Below, in pieces: positions 51,282 to 62,159 of a stretch of DNA of 64,000 bases (position 1 is the stretch's first letter; each line of letters starts with the position of its first letter). Where the stretch lies: contig NC_043006.1 in the NCBI RefSeq assembly GCF_006345805.1, positions 94,798,001-94,862,000 on the forward strand, given 5' to 3'. The position numbers and the translations under genes are program-made. The notes beneath the pieces are model-generated. The model saw only the letters and a list, made by a program, of their open reading frames with translations. It made no database searches and had not been told where the DNA came from. Source of the DNA: Octopus sinensis. Its lineage: Eukaryota.

Positions 51282-51829
51282 TGAGTGAGCGAGCAGAGCA
51301 TGCCATCAAAGTGACACTGGGGTAAAATATACGAAGCCCAGTATACCCATCATGACTACCCGTCCGATAAGGGCACACCAGGCACATGCATCACAACCAT
51401 ATGTGCGCGACATGGTGATATCATATCAAGATAAACAGCACATGACCTTACAGGTGGAGCCCATGTAGAATTTTCTTCAGATCGAGTAACCCATCCCGCT
51501 CAAAAGTCCCTGAATAAAGGCTGTCCAAGGACGTTGAACGAAACACCCATGTTTCCAGAGGTGAATTATTCAAACCCCAAAGAATCCCTCTCAACACATG
51601 GCTATGATGCTCCCCCACTACTTCTGCTCGTGATCAGAGATGCATATATCGTCAGCCACTAGGGACATGCTCAACTGGTTAAGGTCAAACAACTGACAAG
51701 CAAATCTGTGGTATTGAGCAGAATATTGCTGTAGCACATCTTTTATACCAAGACAAAACAATGTACATGATACACTTCCAATCAGTTAAGATCAGAAGCC
51801 ATGAGAGCCCTGCCTGGTACTGCTACTGC
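51282..51829 (-). mobile_element. Non-coding (AAT)n-tailed retroelement piece, copy 2 (about 548 bp)
   Basis: Longest of three homologous copies; both ends abut (ATT)n. Confidence 0.88.
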
Positions 51830-51842
51830 ATTATTATTATTA

Positions 51843-51907
<65 letters not shown>

Positions 51908-51910
51908 TAT

Positions 51911-52249
51911 TGAGTGAGAGAGCAGTGCATGCCATCAAAGTGACACTGGGGTAAAATATACGAAGCCCAATATACCCATCATGACTACCCGTCTGATAAA
52001 GGTACACCAGGCACATGCATCACAACCATATGTGCGCGACATGGTGATCTCATATCAAGATAAACAGCACATGACCTTGCAGGTGGGGCCCAGTTAGAAT
52101 TTTCTTCAGATTGATAGCCCATCCCGCTCAAACGGTCCCTGAATAAGGGTTGTTTAAGGATGTTGAAAGAACCACCCATGTTTCCAGAGGTGAACTATTC
52201 AAACCCCAAGAATCCCTCTCAACACATGGCTATGATGCTCCCCCACTAC

Positions 52250-52250
<1 letters not shown>
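51911..52250 (-). mobile_element. Non-coding (AAT)n-tailed retroelement piece, copy 3 (about 340 bp)
   Basis: Same 3' end (ctctcactca-ataat), shorter 5' end. Confidence 0.88.
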
Positions 52251-52320
<70 letters not shown>

Positions 52321-52418
52321 CATCATCATTTATTATTATTATCATTATTATTATCATTATCTTATTATTTTATTATTTTATTATTATTATTATTATTTTA
52401 TTATTTATTATTATTATT

Positions 52419-53530
52419 CCCTTCTTTCTTCAAATTTTCTTCTTCCGTTTCTCGCCCTCGCCGAATGTTTTCCGTACACCTAGGGCAGAGAAGCTCATTG
52501 CATGAATTCCCAGATTACACACGCAAATTCAAAGGTAAAATATGTATTAAAAAATTAATAAATTCATGAATGGATGTTGTTTTAACAGCGATAATGCTCT
52601 TCTCAGTACATGAGCCGTTCCAGTTACAACGATTTTTTGCACTTCATGTAGGGATGGTAAACCTGATATCATTTTCAAATAGGTTTCAGTACCTTTTTTT
52701 GTATCATTCCTAGAGATCCTACAATCACTGGTACTTTAGTCGCCTTGATATGCCACATGTTTTTCAGTTTCCATTAGCAAGTCTTTATATTTACTGATCT
52801 TGTCAAATTCTTTCGTCGCTATATTGTAATCGCAAGGAATACTCATGTCAATTAATAAACGCATCTTTTTTGTCTGATTTTTTATAATAATATTCAGTAT
52901 ATTAGCTTTTATAGTTTTGTCGGTCTGTACAGGGAAGTCCCAGAGATTCGGCACATTTTCTCCCTCAGTTACAGCTTCAGGATGGTGTTTATACCATTTT
53001 TCAGCGGTTTTGGTTTTTATAATGCCGACATATTGTCCAGTGTAAATACTGGCCGACTCTGTCATGTCTTGCTTTATATTCTGCAGGTGCTAAGACTCTA
53101 CACCCTTTGATTAGGTGGTCTATGGTTTCAATCACATCGTTACAGAATTGGCATTTTGGGTCAGCTCCATTTTTTATCACATTGGCATGGTAGTTCCGGG
53201 TTAATAAGCTTTGGTGTTGCGCAGCTAATATGAAACCTTCACTCTCTGGTTTTAGCCCTGAACTTCGTAACCATTGGTGCGTGTGTTTCTGGTCGACATC
53301 AGCTTGTTTGCTACGGGCCACATACTTGCCGTGGAGAGGTTTCTGTTCCCATTTGCTAGCTAAATTTTCATGTGCTTTTGTCTTTGCAATTAATTTTATT
53401 TTCTTTGCAGCTGCATTTGGCGCATTTCCTTCAGCCTGATCAATCTGGTGGGTATCTAAGAGATCAGTAGCGGATTTTTGGCGCTCTTTCAGAATAGAAT
53501 GAAGTTTTTTCGGTCTTTCATGTTTCTTTT
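52419..53530 (-). mobile_element. 5'-truncated R4/Dong-type subfamily 2 in an (ATT)n array
   Basis: KWEQKPLHGKY, WLRSSGLKPESEGFILAAQ, CQFC...HLIKGC...RHD, LWDFPVQTD, IDMSIP, SKYKDL, VQKIVVTGTAHVLRRALS. Confidence 0.9.
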
Positions 53531-53557
53531 TATTATTATTATCATTATTATTAATAC

Positions 53558-53634
<77 letters not shown>

Positions 53635-53644
53635 TTATTATTAT

Positions 53645-53698
53645 TCAGGTCACTGCCTGAAGAATAATAACCGAGTTCGATTCCAGGCAGTGACCTGA
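53645..53698. repeat. 15-bp inverted repeat at the (ATT)n to (AAT)n switch point
   Basis: tcaggtcactgcctg / caggcagtgacctga; contains the B-box-like gttcgattcc. Confidence 0.85.
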
Positions 53699-53715
53699 GT
53701 AATAATAATAATAAT

Positions 53716-53870
53716 AATAACATCGAAAAATACCTTAGGAATGAGAATCCACGTTGGAAATTTCCCCAAGACACCCGATGAAAGCTGGAGCGTATAACAA
53801 CCGATACAACAAACAGCAAACAAGATGAGGACAAATATCAGTCAAATGTAAATAATGTAAATAATGTAAT
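53716..53870 (+). mobile_element. Short (AAT)n-associated repeat with decayed hammerhead
   Basis: aacatcgaaaaataccttaggaatgagaa...acac-CCGATGA-aagctg...caacc-GATA...aatgtaaataatgtaaat. Confidence 0.75.
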
Positions 53871-53874
53871 ATAA

Positions 53875-54025
53875 GTAGTCAGAGTGTTGGACACACGATC
53901 GTAAGATTGTGCTTTCGATTCTTAGACCGCGCGATCTGTATGTTCTTGAGCAAGCACTTCGTTTCATGTTGCCCCAATCCCCTCATCTGGCCAATCCTGC
54001 GACAGACCGGCGTCCCATCCAGCGA
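53875..54025 (+). mobile_element. Decayed tRNA-derived SINE with V-domain-like segment
   Basis: tttcgattctt (B-box-like), ttcttgagcaagcactt, cctgcgacagaccggcgtcccatccag. Confidence 0.5.
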
Positions 54026-54066
54026 GTTGAGGAATATATACGTCACAGAATCAGGGTCTTTATAAA

Positions 54067-54406
54067 CATGGCCATTTTAAAAAGTTTTTCTTTTGGTTTT
54101 AGTGTCGTCTCGAAACAACAGTATACTCAGGAAGTATCTTTTGGTTTGGGTATCAGGAGTTAAGCTGTTCTTTTTTAATCATTTTTGGCTGTAAGCGCAG
54201 TTGTTGTGGTGTTTTGGTGGTTGTAATGGTTATGATACGAGGTGTGTTGCTTGTTATTTGTTTAAAGCTGATAGTAGTGGTCTGTTTTCATAGTAGTTAT
54301 GATTGTTGTAATCGAGTTGTTGTTGTTGTTTGTGACTGTGTTTTTAGGGAGCTGTTGTTTCGAGACGACACTAAAAACAAAAGAAAAACTTTTAAAAATG
54401 GCTATG
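54067..54406. repeat. Imperfect inverted repeat, 55-bp arms with about 230-bp spacer (MITE-like)
   Basis: catggccattttaaaaagtttttcttttggttttagtgtcgtctcgaaacaacag / ctgttgtttcgagacgacactaaaaacaaaagaaaaacttttaaaaatggctatg. Confidence 0.85.
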
Positions 54407-55359
54407 AAAATTTCACTCTCAAGCACAATACATTGTGTGATGAGAGGACAGAAATAAAGACAGACTGAATCGAATAATAGAGATGAATTAAAAATAGCGA
54501 CAGATTCTTTAAAACCCTTCAGCAGATAAAACAGTTAATTCTACTGTGAACCTAATTCGGATTACTGAATGCAGCTCCTTCATCTGCTGTGAAACTATGA
54601 CCAATGGAGCGGTGTAAACTACGTTACAAAATCTTCCAGTTTTTAAATTTGTCTATTCTGCTGTTTGCAAATATATTAATTTCCATTTCAAAATTTATTG
54701 ACTATCGTGAAATTTAGAAAAAAAATGTATGTAAATATTTTTTTATTGTGAATATAAATAATTCATTCAAAATTATCATTTACCACTATGTTTACTTATG
54801 AGGAATTTTGACAAAGTTATTTTACTGAAATGCTACATTAATATTGTAGACAAAATTGTTATAATGAAGATAACTTTCATATTCATCATCTGCCACAAAT
54901 ATTACTAACGTACCCATACATATCCGCAGATGCGGGAGCATTTAGGTGGTTATACAAATTTCTAGAAACAGCAATAAGATCTCTTTCAAATTAGTCTCGA
55001 AAGACACATTATAAAGAAACAATAATCACGACTAAGAACGCTATTTATGGAAAATTATTATCTATATAAATCTAAATGTATATACGGTGTATGCAGAAAG
55101 TGAAAAATACTATATTTTTAAAGTAAACGTTTTCAGTTAAATAATTCTAAAGAATTTTCAAGTCTTTGCTGAGAACCCATTTAATATGTGTAGACTAGCG
55201 TCAATATTTCCGTAAAAGGAAAATACAAATGAAATTAAATACTAATTATTTCAAAGGCATTTTGCTTTCCTACTAAATACCTTCTACAGAACCGTACCTT
55301 CCCCAGAAATGCCATCCAAAAATGTCTTTACAAAACGTTCTCTATAGAATTAAAATAAA

Positions 55360-55600
55360 CATGAAATCTGGTTCTTTCTCCGTCTTGACTTGCCTTGATC
55401 GTATTCAGAATAGAGTGGTTAACATAGTGGGCCCCCTCCTTTCTACAAGGTCGGAGTCTTTGGTTCATCGTCTGAATGTATGCTCATCAAGTCTTTTCCA
55501 CACGCATTTCCCTGATCATTGCTCTGATGAACTTTCTAGTCTCATATCTCCAATCAAGACCTTTTCCCAGGCGCATCTTTTCTTTGCTGAGCTTCCTAAG
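55360..55600 (+). mobile_element. Decayed non-LTR RT C-terminal fragment (CR1/Jockey group-like)
   Basis: LDRIQNRVVNIVGP...LVHRLNVCSSSLF...CSDELSSLI. Confidence 0.55.
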
Positions 55601-56441
55601 TCAGAAGTACTTTTATTCTAATACATTTTACGTTTAGTATCTCTACATGAATACCCCGTTTGTCCACTTCCTCTCTATCGAAGTTTCACGATGTCGTTGA
55701 TGGTTTCTACAATTTTCAAATTACGATCTTGACTGTATTTTTGCTGACACGTTAAGCATTATGTTTAAAGACATTTCTAACTGCAAAATGGCTTGTAAAT
55801 TGACGAATTTATAAATGAGAGTCCTAAATTTCAAATGTAAGTTGCCAAACATAAACTGGTTCACCATTATGTTAGATGCATTAAAAAATATTACGTAGTT
55901 CCGTTGAACACATAGATGAATGGTTGAAAATAGAACGAGCTTTTCCTACGTACGTTTTCGGCTACTAATCAGGCAGCTACGAACCCCTCTGCATTAATAT
56001 AGCCTCGCATTTACGAAATATTCTGCAACCAATATTTCGCTTCTAACCTTCAACAATTACCGGAAGAATCATATATATGTGAATGTGTGTATTGTATTTA
56101 CAAACACACATAGGCGCGCGCACACACACAGACACACACATATATCAATGCATATGCATATATAGTATACACAAATACTAAGCATATATATATCTGTCTG
56201 CATGTGTTTGTGTGTGTATGTGTCTCTGTGAGCGTGTTTGTGAGTGCATAAATATATTAAAATTATGTGGATACATATATAGAATTACATATACATATTT
56301 GATATCAATGTTAAATTTGGAAGAATGGTTACATGACAGGTTTGCTCAGCAGCCTATAACATGTATCATTGTACGTATATTACGTATATATGTGTATATA
56401 GACACGTACATACATACACACACATGCATATATATATATAT

Positions 56442-56479
<38 letters not shown>

Positions 56480-56509
56480 CAAATAATATATATATATATA
56501 TATATAACT

Positions 56510-56610
56510 TTATTGGTGAATTGAAGAAATGGAGCTGAACGCAGATTGGACAGAAATCGTTTTATTCTGTTCAATCTGCGTTCAGCTCCATTTCTTCAAT
56601 TCACCAATAA
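56510..56610. repeat. Near-perfect 101-nt hairpin
   Basis: ttattggtgaattgaagaaatggagctgaacgcagattg...caatctgcgttcagctccatttcttcaattcaccaataa. Confidence 0.93.
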
Positions 56611-56763
56611 TGTTTTAATTTCAATTATCCGCACCAACGCACGGTTGCAACACCATATGGTTGTACCTCCAACCGTGCTGTTTACTGCTGTGATTTTTGC
56701 TACTAAGGTATCGGTTAAACTTTTGATTAATCTACTACAAGATTATTCATCTTTCTATTTCAC

Positions 56764-56820
<57 letters not shown>

Positions 56821-56944
56821 GTGCTTATATATATGTGTAAATATATATGAGTGTTTATATATGTATATAGGTATATATATACATACACACACACACACAT
56901 ACACGCACATACAGACACACACACACACATACACACACACACAT

Positions 56945-56975
<31 letters not shown>

Positions 56976-57344
56976 CATAGTTATGTATGTGTTTCCGAAA
57001 TGTTCCAATTCTATAGTTTTAGCACGTATTGTGAACGAGCAATTAGGACATTTAATTAAAATCTTTGGCTCTCACAATCCAGAAGTCAAATTTCTCTTAG
57101 AATCTAATATCTTTTTAATTAGGTGGGATGTAATGAACTGGACTGTGCAGGGCAAATTAGACAATATTAATTTGATCGGTGAATGTCTTGAATATTCCTA
57201 TGATAGAGGAATGGAATACGTGTGAATAGTTGTTGTTGGTATTTAACCTGTTTTTGCTTTCGACTACGCAACTGCAATACATGCTTTTGCGGATATAATA
57301 AACTGAAATCTGTGAATGTTCCATATCGGTACAGACGTTTGTAT

Positions 57345-57710
57345 GTGGTAAGATGCTTGCATCCCAGTCGGCTCCTGCTGGGCTAAAAGACACTGGGCTC
57401 GTGTCTTTTAGCATAGTCTCAGGCAGACCAAAGCCCTGTGACTGGATTTGGTAGGCGAAAACCGAAAGAAGTCTGTTACATATGTGAGTGTGTGTATGTG
57501 TGTGTGTATCTTTGTTTTCGTGACACCCCACCGCTTGACAATCTGTGTTGGTATGTTTGCGTCCCCGTTACTTAACAGTTCGGTAATGTGACTCATAGAA
57601 TCAGTAACAGATTTAAAAAATATATAGGGGTCGGTATATTCCATTTAAAGTTCATCAAGGCAGCGCTCCAGCATGGCCGTAATCTAATGACTGAAACAAT
57701 TAAAACATAA
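57345..57710 (+). mobile_element. SINE family A, diverged
   Basis: gaccaaagccctgtgactggatttggtag...aaggcagcgctccagcatggccg...taatgactgaaacaa. Confidence 0.8.
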
Positions 57711-58087
57711 ATGACAACCAAAATGGAAAGCAAAAGAGTGTAGAACCATGCCTCCCCATTGTATACTGTATGTCCCTCTATCGTTAAAAGCCACTAATCT
57801 CATGAACACATCATAACCTGAAAATTCCTGAAGTTACCCATAACAAAACTACCGAATACTCATCACTAATAGGTAGTCTTACCACTCGAATATTCTGAAG
57901 GTTGTCTTCTGAAGATGGTTACTCGAAGATACCTCAAAGAATCCTGCGAAGGTGCGGTTCATCACCACCTTAGCTGCTCATCTAAGAGAAGGTAACTCCA
58001 TGTAAATTCTGCATCCTGATATCTACTGGGCACATGGCATTTCTTTTACCAGACCAATACAAGTTCAAATGATATGCACCCACTATA

Positions 58088-58889
58088 CGTAGCCTGATCG
58101 ATAAGTATCCGGACTGTTGCCATAGTAAAGAAGTTAAAACACGCAGAGTAAACCTGCTTGGCACAGATTGTTAAAACTTAACTTGCCTGCAGAACTCTCT
58201 TTTGTAGGCAGGTTAAGTTTTAACATTCTAGCTCCCATCTGCTGTTTACAACAGTGCTTGAAATCAAGGCGTGTAGCGTGTGATCGTTACATTGTTTATG
58301 ACAGAGAAAGTTGAGCAGAGAATCTGCATCAAATTTTGTCAAAGGATTGGTGACACCTGCTGTGAAGCCTACGCAAAGTTTTCAAAAAGTTTACATCGTT
58401 CTCTCCACAATCAAATTCAGTTTTGGCACAAACCTGACGAACACACGTCCCATACCAAAATTTTCAGGGACAATGGACTGAACTAAACCGTAACTTATCT
58501 TCACATCTTCTGATAACTCACGGATGGTGATTCAAAGATTTCCCCTCAGAGTTGCACGCACATCTGCGATGTTTTTCTCAGCTCTGCTGATTGAGAGTCA
58601 CCAAGAACGTTCGTCAATATCGACATTTTTTCAGCTACCTTGCAATTTTGCGTAGGCTTCTGAGCAGGTATCGCCATGATAACTTTTTCTGTCATGGTCA
58701 ACGCGACGATCACACGCTACACACGTTACTTCCAAGCACTTCCGTAAACTGTGAAAGTAAACTAGAACGTTAAATCTAAGTGCCCTTTCATAGCCGAGTT
58801 CAAGGTCAATTTGTGCCAAGCAGCTTTACTCTGCGCGTTTTAGCGTCGTTACTATGGTAACAATCCGGATACTTATTGATTCCACCTCG
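58088..58889. mobile_element. Complete about 800-bp non-autonomous mariner derivative with TA target duplication
   Basis: TA|cg...gataagtatccgga and tccggatacttatt...cg|TA; transposase N-terminus on both strands (VEQRICIKFC +; CSEAYAKLQ -). Confidence 0.9.
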
Positions 58890-59372
58890 TATCTATGCAC
58901 TCATTATAATAATATTCAAGGTGTAGGTTGTTCAGTAAACCAAAATATAAACGCGAAAACAGTCAGTTTTACTTCGTAAGTACAGAATCGGAAAGAGGCA
59001 AGGAAAACACTTAGGGGTTCCTGATCGAAGCTTCCAGCTTTGTACTTGCGCACAGGTTATAAAGTGAAGGTACCCTTCAAATGTGACGAAGCAGACCTTT
59101 TTAGATGTAGTATTCTACTACCTTGTGTTACTCAATGATTAAGCATAGAAGCGACGAGAAATTCACAGTTCCTGGGATTATGTAATGACCAAGTTCATCA
59201 CAACAATTCAAAGGAAATTGTTGGTTGTCCTCTTTTAACGTCTGTAGCAACTAGCTTCCCAGTCAATAAAATATCGGTATGAAGACGACTATGGTTCTGT
59301 TTCTGGTTTTCTTCAATTTATATCTCGTTCAGATAGTTTTACAGACGTATTCCATGTGTTCTCGGAATATAT

Positions 59373-59415
<43 letters not shown>

Positions 59416-59497
59416 GAAACACACATACACATATATATATATATATATATACATATGTATGTATGCCTGTATATATATATGTGTGTGTGTATGCCTG

Positions 59498-59539
<42 letters not shown>

Positions 59540-59936
59540 AATACGTATGTATATATAAACGCATAAATGATTACAAGAACACATGAATATAAAAATGAAT
59601 ATGTGCTGCCTAGATAATGGATAAGTTTCCGGTAAGATATTCTCCCCATTATCTTCCTCTTATAATTACAAATTGTAACATAAACACACATTGACATGCT
59701 CAGGCAACACACAGACAGACGTGTGCAGGAACAGGTATGTTACAGTCCTTGTAAAGATATTTACAAATCCATCTCCGGTTAGAGCTACGCTAATATTTGT
59801 ACATATCTACACAGAAATGCACAGTGAACAGACTGCGCATTTAAATGGGGGGAATTTGCGCATTAATGGGTAAATGGACATTTTATTATGTTTCTCACGA
59901 CAAATCGTAATATATATTTGAATACGTGTTTGTGCG

Positions 59937-59974
<38 letters not shown>

Positions 59975-60016
59975 TGTGTGTGTGTGTGTGTGTCTATGTG
60001 TGTGTATGTGTGTGTA

Positions 60017-60673
60017 CTAGGTGCGTTCAAATACTATTCGACCATTGTCCATTAAAAAAAACAGTTTCCTATATTTCTCAAATTTTATTTAATCACCTTC
60101 AGAATAGTCCCCTCAGGTGTTCACACACTTCTCCCAGCGGTTCTGCCATTCCTGGTAACGCCTCTTGAATGCATTCACTCAAATGCTACGTAATTTCCCC
60201 TCATGACCCAAATTGTTCCACTTTCAGCGTAGCCTTTCATTTTGGAGAAGAGCCAGGAGTCACACGGTACCAATTCGGGAGAGTAGGGTGCCTGTTGACC
60301 CAATGGTGTGTTGTTCTTAACAAGCAAAGACTGGATAACGATGTGTGTTCAGTAAGTATCTGACTTTATATTTTCGTTGACATTCTCCGCATGCACAATT
60401 CTTACGTTAAAATGGAATGCACTAAGCATTTCCCGGATTATTACATAACCGGTGACCACGACCAAACTGAAGGCTACGCTGAAAGTGGAACAATTTGGGT
60501 CATGAGGGGAAATTAGGTAGCATTTGAGTGAATGCATTCAATCAGAACATTCTCAATCAGCTTTTCTTTTCGGCTTGTGGATGGACGGCTTGAACGTGTC
60601 TCGCTCTTCACTAAGTGGCGGTCAAGTTTGGAGCGAACGAAATCAAAGTTGGTTACTTTTTGAATGCACCACG
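60017..60673 (-). mobile_element. Internally deleted mariner with TA flanks
   Basis: TIRs ggtgcgttcaaa / tttgaatgcacc; fragments [39 protein letters not shown]. Confidence 0.85.
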
Positions 60674-60709
60674 TATGTGTATTAACATACATACGCATAT
60701 AATATAAAT

Positions 60710-60768
<59 letters not shown>

Positions 60769-61082
60769 TACATGTATATAGATACATATATATATATACA
60801 TGTATATATATATAAATATATATAGGGGTAAAATATGAAAAATCAACGAAAATGCATATTGGAAATAGAAAAAGGCTATTTATCACAGGTAGAGACAAAT
60901 ATATACATTTAGATTGACTGAGGTAGTAATACGAGTCGTAAAGGTCATTATTATGACATGATTATAAGATGATAATAAAGTAAGAGAACAAAACGAACCA
61001 ATGGTTTACGCGAAGTTATTCATCGTTTGAACAACACCCTATATCTACGTATATATATATATATATATAGGTAGATAGATAA

Positions 61083-61310
61083 GTTTCTTTATTGGCCACA
61101 CAGGGCTGCACACAGATGGGACAAGTTACAAGGTAGAGCTTTTCTTTTGGGGGAGAAAAGAAATGTGGCGTAGATTTTCGATCAAAAGGGATCGTAAAAG
61201 GGAAAAAAGAAAAAAGAAGAAAAAAAAAACGAGAAAGGGAAAAGGAACAAAAGAAAAGAAAAATCAAAACAGAACAAAAAAGAGGAAAAAAGGGGAAGAG
61301 GAAAGATAGA
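61083..61310 (-). mobile_element. 3' UTR fragment of a Tx1-related LINE ending at (TATC)n
   Basis: ttgtaacttgtccc...gcagccctgtgtggccaataaagaaac resembles 25095-25165. Confidence 0.55.
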
Positions 61311-61762
61311 TAGGTAGGTAGGTAGGTAGGTACGCACATATGTACACACATAGGTCTCTATTCAATATATCCATGAGAATTGCTGTAAAATTGAGAGTCG
61401 TATGAAGTAGTATTCAATACATATATCGTAGAAGATATTTATTTCTTTTAAGCTAAAGATTCGATATATCATTTCTTTATCTTATCATCTCAATGTTCTG
61501 ACGAAGGTACTGAGTCCGGAAACTTCTGAAGAAGTATGCGACGCCGGCAATACGTTTAGGCTGAAACATGGCTATCGGTTGCGCAGAATTAATCACAATA
61601 ACGTGACGTGACACGTTTTTAACGACAGTAGTTCCGAAAATTTTGCTTGGTTATTAATATTTAATAGAGGTCGCCTCGGCATAAGGAAGTGTCACCATTC
61701 AGAAGGATAATACAACACGTGAATCATCTTCAGCCAGCACAAGTGACAACGGTTAAATTTCA

Positions 61763-62005
61763 TCTATATATATAAAACTGTATTTGTGTGTGTCTGTGCC
61801 CTTCGATTTAGATTCCTAACTACTCCCACATATATGTATCGTGATTCATATCGAGCCCTTCTGGGTATTAGCGAGCGTCTACGAAGAGTCTACGATTTTA
61901 AAAATAATTTACCATTATTTTTTCCCATTTTCATGCATATTTCTCTAAAAATGGTGTATAGTTATTTCCCTTACAAACCCGAGCAACGCCGGGCGATACT
62001 GCTAG
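61763..62005 (+). mobile_element. Complete 243-bp non-autonomous Helitron
   Basis: A|TC start, subterminal hairpin cccg-agcaacgc-cggg (61978-61993), CTAG|T end. Confidence 0.88.
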
Positions 62006-62049
62006 TAACTATATAAATATATATTATATATTTATATATATATATATGC

Positions 62050-62086
<37 letters not shown>

Positions 62087-62159
62087 TATAAATATATATG
62101 TATATGTATATATACGTATGCATATATATATATATTCACACATACACACACATAGGCAG

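Noticed and set aside
61490-61575. Two CTGANGA...GAAAC strings in tandem
   Set aside because: Stems II, III and I do not pair convincingly and U16.1 is absent
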